Notes under the pieces: model-generated
What the model saw: the letters and a program-made list of their open reading frames with translations, nothing else
Told to the model about the DNA's origin: nothing
Databases searched by the model: none
Program-made: the position numbers and the translations under genes
Shown here: positions 1-4,459 of the stretch, one piece after another
Numbering within the stretch: position 1 is the first letter of the stretch
How the letters are laid out: each line of letters starts with the position of its first letter
DNA from: a virus
Lineage: Duplodnaviria; Heunggongvirae; Uroviricota; Caudoviricetes
IMG/VR virus record: IMGVR_UViG_2648501841_000012
Length of the DNA stretch: 4,459 nt
Reading direction: 5' to 3' (one strand)

Positions 1-252
1 GTTCGCCAGCAGCGGCTGAAATTAAGCCTGTCCGGACGGCTGGCAATAAAAATTATTGCAGAACCACCGGATAAGCGCCGCCGTGACCTGGACAACATTC
101 TGAAAGCACCGCTGGATGCGCTGACGCATGCGGAAGTGCTCATTGATGTCGAGCAGTTGGATGAAATCAATATTGTGCGCGGTCAGCCTGTGCCAGGTGG
201 ACGGCTGGGCGTGAAGATTTACGAAATCAGAGGTGGTAACGATGGCGCGTGA
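1..252 (+). CDS. rusA: RusA-family Holliday junction resolvase, C-terminal part (5' end upstream of window)
   Basis: Frame 1 is open from base 1 to TGA at 250-252. Translation ends ...[65 protein letters not shown], which carries the RusA signature block (RRRDLDN..K...DAL...V.DD.Q) as recalled for DLP12/lambdoid RusA. Absent from the supplied ORF track only because it has no in-window start. Confidence 0.85.
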   Translation, partial: VRQQRLKLSLSGRLAIKIIAEPPDKRRRDLDNILKAPLDALTHAEVLIDVEQLDEINIVRGQPVPGGRLGVKIYEIRGGNDGA

Positions 253-613
253 TATCCAGATGGTTCTTGAGCGATGGGGGGCATGGGCAGCAAATAATCA
301 TGAAGATGTAACATGGCCCTCGATAGCTGCTGGTTTTAAAGGATTAATCCCGACTAAAGTGAAATCACGTCCTAAGTGTTCTGATGATGACGCCATGATA
401 ATTTGTGGTTGTATGGCACGATTAAACAAGAATAATCAGTATTTGCACGATTTGTTGGTGGATTATTACGTAGGTGGAATGACATTTATGGCTCTTGCAC
501 GTAAGCATAGATGTTCTGATGGGCTTATTGGTAAAAGGCTTTATAAAGCGGAAGGTATTATTGAAGGAATGCTTATGGCTCTGAATGTCCGGTTAGATAT
601 GGATATGCGGTAG
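242..613 (+). CDS. Q: Late-gene antitermination protein Q (small Q type of Qin/phage 21/933W-like lambdoid phages)
   Basis: Track ORF 233-613. I prefer ATG at 242 ([25 protein letters not shown]...) with GAGGTGG at 229-235 as Shine-Dalgarno over the GTG at 233. The N-terminal sequence is recognisably the small Q antiterminator family (memory-based, not searched). It sits immediately after rusA, the canonical lambdoid order, and its start overlaps the rusA stop by 11 nt. Stop TAG at 611-613. Confidence 0.8.
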   Translation: MARDIQMVLERWGAWAANNHEDVTWPSIAAGFKGLIPTKVKSRPKCSDDDAMIICGCMARLNKNNQYLHDLLVDYYVGGMTFMALARKHRCSDGLIGKRLYKAEGIIEGMLMALNVRLDMDMR

Positions 614-764
614 GGATATATAGTGATGAGGGTTATGTTTTCTGTGTTTATAATTAACATGTTTATTTTTTGATGGTCATGTATTGTGGAAGGTAGATAA
701 AATGTTGCCTGGTGAATTGAAAATATTGATAATCAATCTTCATCATTAAATAAAAGGAGTGCTT

Positions 765-1583
765 ATGTGGATTGTGTTAGTACTGTCACTGTCAACTCTC
801 AGTTGGCATAAGGTAGTGGCTTTTTCATTGTTGACGGTGTCTGTTGTCCTGGCTGTGCTTAATGATATTATTGATTGGTCGGTGTTATTTTTTGTTGCTA
901 CAATCGTTTTTTTTATTATTTTGAAGTTCAACTGGAAATATAACGCCTGGGCTAAATCTATATATGAAGTTGGCATAGTTTTATCAGCCATAGCATTATT
1001 TTTCCATCTATGGCCAGGGTTTCACAATCCTGTAGTGCTAAATTCTGTTACTGTTGGCCCTCAAAGTACTCCCTATACAATGTATTTTAATTTTGATAAA
1101 GCGCTGGTGCCATTTTTGTTAGTCCTGTGTACATCTTCTTTGTTTAAAAAAGAAGTAAAATCAGAAGTGTCTTTGTGGAAGTGGGGGGCTCTGTCGCTCT
1201 CTGTTCCTCTTATCCTGTTTTTGGCTGTTTTTTTTGGTGGATTAAAGCCAGAGATTCATTTTCCTGAGTGGTTGCCAGAGTTTATATTGGCTAATTTGTT
1301 TTTTGTGTCTCTGGCAGAGGAATCATTATTTAGAGGGTATATTCAATCACGGCTATCAGAAGTAACGTCTCCATTGGTTGCATTAATTGTGGCGGCTTTG
1401 TTGTTTGGTTTTTATCACTATTCAGGTGGTGCTTTACTTGTATTATTTGCCACGTTATCTGGTGTTGTGTATGGATTGTCATGGATGTGGAGTGGGCGTT
1501 TGTGGGTTGCCACCCTTTTCCATTTTGGTTTGAATCTGTGTCACTTGTTATTCTTTACCTATCCATTTTTAAAACATAATTGA
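765..1583 (+). CDS. CPBP-family (CAAX protease / Abi, PF02517-like) intramembrane glutamic endopeptidase; polytopic membrane protein
   Basis: Track ORF 759-1583. ATG at 765 with AAGGAG (754-759) 5 nt upstream is preferred over GTG 759. The protein is highly hydrophobic with multiple predicted TM segments. The three CPBP catalytic motifs occur in order: EExxxR (SLAEESLFRG), FxxxH (LFGFYHY), HxxxN (FHFGLNL). The gene is markedly AT-rich compared with rusA and nanS-p. Confidence 0.8.
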   Translation: MWIVLVLSLSTLSWHKVVAFSLLTVSVVLAVLNDIIDWSVLFFVATIVFFIILKFNWKYNAWAKSIYEVGIVLSAIALFFHLWPGFHNPVVLNSVTVGPQSTPYTMYFNFDKALVPFLLVLCTSSLFKKEVKSEVSLWKWGALSLSVPLILFLAVFFGGLKPEIHFPEWLPEFILANLFFVSLAEESLFRGYIQSRLSEVTSPLVALIVAALLFGFYHYSGGALLVLFATLSGVVYGLSWMWSGRLWVATLFHFGLNLCHLLFFTYPFLKHN

Positions 1584-1663
1584 TTTTTTCTATGGTTTTA
1601 AATTTATAAGACTGAAAAATAGCAGGACGTGACATTTGCATGAAAAATATGCACGGCAAAGCA

Positions 1664-1677
1664 TTTACGTACGTAAA
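1664..1677. repeat. Perfect 14-bp palindrome TTTACGTACGTAAA; candidate binding site for a dimeric DNA-binding protein
   Basis: Bases 1664-1677 equal their own reverse complement. An adjacent inverted repeat TGCAT-N7-ATGCA lies at 1638-1654. Both are in the intergenic region about 50-90 nt upstream of the 1725-1746 terminator. Function is not established. Confidence 0.5.
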
Positions 1678-1724
1678 AAATCAGGTATGCTGTTAAGAGT
1701 GGTTATTTCGCCGCATAGCTTGAC

Positions 1725-1746
1725 CCCGCCTCTGAGCGGGTTTTTT
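1725..1746 (+). terminator. Rho-independent terminator
   Basis: All-GC 5-bp stem CCCGC (1725-1729) / GCGGG (1736-1740), 6-nt loop CTCTGA, followed by TTTTTT (1741-1746). It lies 140 nt downstream of the CPBP stop codon. Confidence 0.65.
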
Positions 1747-1869
1747 GTGCCCGCAAAGTAGCGCAGTGCGTTAAATGTGCTGGTAGTTATTAATACAGGT
1801 CTTTCAGCTTGCTGGCTTTTTCGACAAGAGTTATTGGTGTGTCACGTTAACCGGAAAGGGTAAAAAGAC

Positions 1870-2109
1870 ATGCTGAAACAGCAGGATATGACAGAAACCG
1901 CCAGAGTTGTGTTTGATGAATTAAGCGTCACCGAACCGGCGACGGTCGGGGAGATTGCGCAGAATACGTACCTTTCACGCGAGCGCTGCCAGTTAATACT
2001 GACCCAGCTGGTTATGCGGGTCTGGCAGACTATCAGTTCGGTTGTTACAGACGCCTTCAGTCCTGAAGGCTTTTTTATTTGTGGTAAATGGGCGGCTGGT
2101 GGGTGTTAG
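1870..2109 (+). CDS. Hypothetical small protein (79 aa), possible helix-turn-helix; coding status uncertain
   Basis: Track ORF. GGAAAGGG lies 10 nt upstream of ATG 1870. Segment GEIAQNTYLSRERCQLILTQL looks like a helix-turn-helix recognition region, with weak unverified resemblance to small PapI/FaeA-like regulators. The frame runs straight through a canonical intrinsic terminator at 2053-2080 (hairpin encodes AFSPEG, T-run encodes FFIC), so a full-length translated product is doubtful. Confidence 0.4.
   Translation: MLKQQDMTETARVVFDELSVTEPATVGEIAQNTYLSRERCQLILTQLVMRVWQTISSVVTDAFSPEGFFICGKWAAGGC
2053..2080 (+). terminator. Rho-independent terminator embedded in the 3' end of ORF 1870-2109
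   Basis: 7-bp stem GCCTTCA (2053-2059) / TGAAGGC (2064-2070), 4-nt loop GTCC, followed by TTTTTTATTT (2071-2080). Confidence 0.7.
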
Positions 2110-2137
2110 CGGCACCTGTCAGTCCTTTGCTTATGTG

Positions 2138-2168
2138 TTGATGATAATTTACCTTTTGGGGCTATAAT
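2138..2168 (+). promoter_or_regulatory. Candidate sigma70 promoter for the AraC-family gene
   Basis: -35 TTGATG (2138-2143), 19-bp spacer, perfect -10 TATAAT (2163-2168), 35 nt upstream of ATG 2204. Consensus match only; the spacer is at the upper limit. Confidence 0.4.
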
Positions 2169-2203
2169 TGAACTAACCAATTGCTAATGAAAGTAAAATT
2201 ATA

Positions 2204-2917
2204 ATGGTTGTTGTCTGTTCAGTTATCATGGTTTGCTCCCCAATTAATATTTTTCTTGAAAAGGATACGTTGTCACTTAAGCCCGGCTCAGTCGTTCTGG
2301 CCACCAAATGCATCAGGGCGCTTTTCCTTATGCATTATGGCAAAGTTAAAATTTTCGATATAAACCATTCCATAGTAAGTCAATATCTGGAAATTCAGCA
2401 TAAGCTGACAAGAACTCATCTGACTGACGTTCCGCTTTATCTGTCACTGGAACCCAACAACCCTGCGTTGGCTGAGGCTTTAATTACCAGCCAGAGATTT
2501 TCCGGAGATACCACGGATATGTTTCTTATGATGGCATGCCTGTCGCTGTTTGAATCAGATGAACGGATATTATTATTTTTAAGTGGATGTTTATCCAGTA
2601 TAAGTGCCAAAGTCAGGGCGATAATTCAGACAGATATATCAGCAAGCTGGACGCTTGGTGCGATTGCGTTACGCCTGCATATGAGTGAGAGTTTGTTAAA
2701 GATAAAACTGAAAAATGAAGGGCACATGTTCAGTCGCTTGTTGCTGGAAGAGCGGATGCGTGTTGCTGTCAATATGTTATGTTCCCGGCATGGATATGGA
2801 CAGGCTGTAGCAGAAAAATGCGGTTATTCAAGCTGGTCCTACTTTATTTCTGTATTTCACCGCTATTATGGCTTCCCGCCAGACAGATATGTATCCAGGC
2901 AAGGGCTTGATTATTGA
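2204..2917 (+). CDS. AraC/XylS-family transcriptional regulator (prophage-borne; possibly PatE/Psr-like)
   Basis: Track ORF. The C-terminal ~100 aa carry the AraC double-HTH signature (WTLGAIALRLHMSESLLKIKLKNEGHMFSRLL ... GYSSWSYFISVFHRYYGFPPDRY). No obvious Shine-Dalgarno, so the start (2204 vs internal ATG 2228) is uncertain. By context it resembles the prophage-encoded AraC-like regulators described in EHEC (PatE, PsrA/PsrB); that is memory, not an alignment. Confidence 0.8.
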   Translation: MVVVCSVIMVCSPINIFLEKDTLSLKPGSVVLATKCIRALFLMHYGKVKIFDINHSIVSQYLEIQHKLTRTHLTDVPLYLSLEPNNPALAEALITSQRFSGDTTDMFLMMACLSLFESDERILLFLSGCLSSISAKVRAIIQTDISASWTLGAIALRLHMSESLLKIKLKNEGHMFSRLLLEERMRVAVNMLCSRHGYGQAVAEKCGYSSWSYFISVFHRYYGFPPDRYVSRQGLDY

Positions 2918-2935
2918 TTTTCATCTGATTATTAT
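2907..2935 (+). promoter_or_regulatory. Candidate sigma70 promoter of the tRNA operon
   Basis: -35 TTGATT (2907-2912), 17-bp spacer, -10 TATTAT (2930-2935). Predicted start around 2942, a few nt before the tRNA 5' end at 2946. It overlaps the AraC stop codon (2915-2917). Confidence 0.45.
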
Positions 2936-2945
2936 TTTTTGACCC

Positions 2946-3021
2946 AGCCCTTTAGCTCAGTGGTGAGAGCGAGCGACTCATAATCGCCAGGTCGCTGGTT
3001 CAAATCCAGCAAGGGCCACCA
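2946..3021 (+). tRNA. ileZ: tRNA-Ile2 (anticodon CAU, lysidine type, reads AUA); could be auto-annotated as tRNA-Met
   Basis: Hand-folded 76-nt cloverleaf: acceptor AGCCCTT/AAGGGCC (A1:C72 mismatch), D-arm GCTC-AGTGGTGA-GAGC, anticodon arm AGCGA-CTCATAA-TCGCC (anticodon CAT at 2979-2981), T-arm GCTGG-TTCAAAT-CCAGC, discriminator A, encoded CCA. The arms closely match E. coli ileX-type tRNA-Ile2 as recalled. The symbol follows the ileZ-argN-argO naming of Stx-phage tRNAs and is memory-based. Confidence 0.85.
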
Positions 3022-3028
3022 TCACATA

Positions 3029-3105
3029 CCGCCATTAGCTCATCAGGAAAGAGCGCCAGCTTTCGAAGCTGGTTGCGCGGAGTTCGGGTCCCCGAAGGCG
3101 GTCCA
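3029..3105 (+). tRNA. argN: tRNA-Arg (anticodon UCG), atypical T-arm
   Basis: Hand-folded 77 nt: acceptor CCGCCAT/AAGGCGG (one A:A mismatch), D-arm GCTC-ATCAGGAAA-GAGC, anticodon arm CCAGC-TTTCGAA-GCTGG (U33, anticodon TCG at 3063-3065, A37), variable TTGCG, T-arm CGGAG-TTCGGGT-CCCCG (one mismatch, G at position 58 where A is usual), discriminator T, encoded CCA. The symbol is positional (middle gene of the trio) and memory-based. Confidence 0.6.
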
Positions 3106-3118
3106 TTATCTGTATCCT

Positions 3119-3195
3119 GCGTTGTTAGCTCAGCCGGACAGAGCAATTGCCTTCTAAGCAATCGGTCACTGGTTCGAATCCAGTACAACGCGCCA
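3119..3195 (+). tRNA. argO: tRNA-Arg (anticodon UCU, reads AGA/AGG)
   Basis: Hand-folded 77 nt: perfect acceptor GCGTTGT/ACAACGC, D-arm GCTC-AGCCGGACA-GAGC, anticodon arm ATTGC-CTTCTAA-GCAAT (anticodon TCT at 3153-3155), variable CGGTC, T-arm ACTGG-TTCGAAT-CCAGT, discriminator G, encoded CCA. Resembles the argU type. Confidence 0.85.
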
Positions 3196-3209
3196 CACTT
3201 ATTTTCCCT

Positions 3210-3234
3210 GGCTCGCTTTTGCGGGCCTTTTTTT
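3210..3234 (+). terminator. Rho-independent terminator of the tRNA operon
   Basis: 7-bp stem GGCTCGC (3210-3216) / GCGGGCC (3221-3227) with one G:U pair, TTTT tetraloop, then 7 T (3228-3234). It lies 15 nt downstream of the last tRNA. Confidence 0.75.
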
Positions 3235-3375
3235 AAATGTCTCACAATTCAGGCGGTTGACTGTTGTCTGGTTTGCGGGGAGTTTGTTAAAAGAAACTGG
3301 CATGGTGAATCCCCCTGTGCGGAGGGGCAATCAGCGAGTAGGTATATGGGATAATCGCGGATTCAGGTGCTGGTA

Positions 3376-3528
3376 NNNNNNNNNNNNNNNNNNNNNNNNN
3401 NNNNNNNNNNNNNNNNNNNNNNNNNNNNNNNNNNNNNNNNNNNNNNNNNNNNNNNNNNNNNNNNNNNNNNNNNNNNNNNNNNNNNNNNNNNNNNNNNNNN
3501 NNNNNNNNNNNNNNNNNNNNNNNNNNNN
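3376..3528. other. Run of 153 N (assembly gap or masked sequence); true length and content unknown
   Basis: Contiguous n characters from 3376 to 3528. All track ORFs with poly-X translations are artefacts of this run. Confidence 0.95.
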
Positions 3529-3736
3529 CAGGGAGACGCGGGCGGCAAGGAATAAACAACAAAACGTGAAGTAATATTTCAGCTGGCGAATAATATCCGA
3601 CAGTAATCACTCTGCGCAATAGCGCGGCCTTTTTCGTATTGCGGGCTGTTGTCTCTCTTCTGCCATTGTCCTGTAACTTCCGGACTTCAGCCCGCTCCTC
3701 ATTTTACTCACAATATTATCCCGGCCGGGAGGATTC

Positions 3737-4459
3737 ATGGCATTTAAACACTATGATGTTGTCAGGGCGGCGTCGCCGTCAGACCTTGCGGAAAAGCTGA
3801 CACACAAACTGAAAGAGGGCTGGCAGCCATACGGCGGACCGGTTGCCATTACGCCGTACACACTGATGCAGGCGGTGGCTATTGAAGGAGATCCACAGGT
3901 CGGCCCTTCATCTAAGCCGGACTGGTTCTACGTGGTTGTGCTTGCCGGACAGTCCAACGGCATGGCCTACGGTGAAGGGCTTCCGTTACCGGATTCTTAC
4001 GATGCTCCGGATCCGCGCATTAAACAGCTGGCGCGCCGCAGCACGGTAACTCCGGGTGGAGAGAGTTGTACGTATAACGACATCATTCCGGCCGACCACT
4101 GCCTGCATGATGTGCAGGATATGAGTACGCTGAATCATCCGAAGGCAGACCTGAGCAAAGGGCAGTACGGCTGTGTCGGCCAGGGCTTACATATTGCCAA
4201 AAAACTGCTTCCGTATATCCCGAATAACGCGGGGATCCTGCTGGTACCATGCTGTCGTGGTGGTTCTGCATTCACCCAGGGCGCTGAGGGGACATTCAGT
4301 GCGGACACGGGGGCCAGCCAGGATTCGGCACGCTGGGGTGTGGGTAAACCGTTATATCAGGATCTGATTGCGCGCACTAAAGCTGCATTACAGAAGAACC
4401 CGAAAAATGTGTTGCTGGCGGTGTGCTGGATGCAGGGAGAGTTTGACATGAGCGCCGCC
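3737..4459 (+). CDS. nanS-p: Prophage NanS-p-type sialate O-acetylesterase (N-terminal DUF1737-like domain + SGNH/SASA esterase domain); 3' end beyond window
   Basis: ATG at 3737 preceded by GGGAGG (3727-3732). Frame is open for 241 codons to the window end, so it is absent from the track (no stop). N-terminus MAFKHYDVVRAASPSDLAEKLTHKLKEGWQPYGGPVAITPYTLMQAVAIEG is the DUF1737-type domain; WFYVVVLAGQSNGMAYGEG is the SGNH block I with the GQSN catalytic-serine motif. Homologues lie downstream of stx in Stx phages (e.g. 933W), from memory. Confidence 0.85.
   Translation, partial: MAFKHYDVVRAASPSDLAEKLTHKLKEGWQPYGGPVAITPYTLMQAVAIEGDPQVGPSSKPDWFYVVVLAGQSNGMAYGEGLPLPDSYDAPDPRIKQLARRSTVTPGGESCTYNDIIPADHCLHDVQDMSTLNHPKADLSKGQYGCVGQGLHIAKKLLPYIPNNAGILLVPCCRGGSAFTQGAEGTFSADTGASQDSARWGVGKPLYQDLIARTKAALQKNPKNVLLAVCWMQGEFDMSAA

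Noticed and set aside
233-764. GTG start codons proposed by the track at 233 (Q) and 759 (CPBP)
   Set aside because: In-frame ATGs at 242 and 765 have better-placed Shine-Dalgarno sequences; the GTG at 759 is itself part of the AAGGAG-G RBS region.
746-991. 81-aa ORF on the minus strand
   Set aside because: Lies entirely antisense within the CPBP gene, has low-complexity AT-driven composition and no RBS or recognisable domain; treated as a spurious antisense ORF.
1800-1830. Hairpin-like CAGCTTGCTGG followed by TTTTT as a terminator
   Set aside because: The potential stem is only 3-4 bp with a 2-nt loop, too weak to call.
3312-3327. Hairpin CCCCT-GTGCGG-AGGGG as a terminator
   Set aside because: No downstream T-run; more likely incidental secondary structure or part of an unknown element continuing into the gap.
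3000-3354. Track ORFs 3000-3245 (-) and 3073-3354 (+)
   Set aside because: They overlap the three tRNA genes and the terminator; the tRNA cloverleafs explain this sequence, so the ORFs are artefacts.
3235-3375. Shiga toxin A subunit start in the slot after the tRNA terminator
   Set aside because: The translated flanks do not resemble the StxA or StxB N-terminal sequences I recall; no toxin call can be made from visible sequence.
3257-3619. Track ORFs spanning the N run (3257-3574 +, 3287-3619 -, 3363-3548 -, 3367-3555 +)
   Set aside because: Their continuity depends on translating N as X; gap length and content are unknown, so no CDS can be supported.
4083-4367. Track ORFs 4083-4271 (-) and 4173-4367 (+)
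   Set aside because: Out-of-frame or antisense within the well-supported nanS-p reading frame, with Arg/Ser/Pro-rich composition typical of alternate frames of GC-rich coding DNA.
1-4459. CRISPR arrays, IS elements, integrase or att sites
   Set aside because: No spaced direct repeats, no terminal inverted repeats flanking a transposase-like ORF, and no recombinase motif were seen; the window is internal to a prophage.

Overview
This window is the late-regulatory region of a lambdoid, Stx-phage-like prophage of an enterobacterium (E. coli-type). Reading left to right on the + strand: the 3' end of rusA (Holliday junction resolvase), an overlapping small Q antiterminator gene, an AT-rich cargo (moron) module, a three-tRNA operon, a 153-nt run of N, and the 5' part of a NanS-p-type sialate O-acetylesterase gene. 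The cargo module holds a CPBP/Abi-family intramembrane protease, a small ORF that reads through an intrinsic terminator, and an AraC-family regulator with its own promoter. The tRNA operon (Ile-CAU, Arg-UCG, Arg-UCU) has its own promoter and terminator. No Shiga toxin sequence is visible; the position where stx sits in Stx phages (between the tRNA trio and nanS-p) is short and partly masked by the N run. The most interesting candidate is the cargo module in the Q-controlled late region, a possible uncharacterised accessory system. All family assignments are from motifs read by eye and recalled family knowledge; no searches were run.
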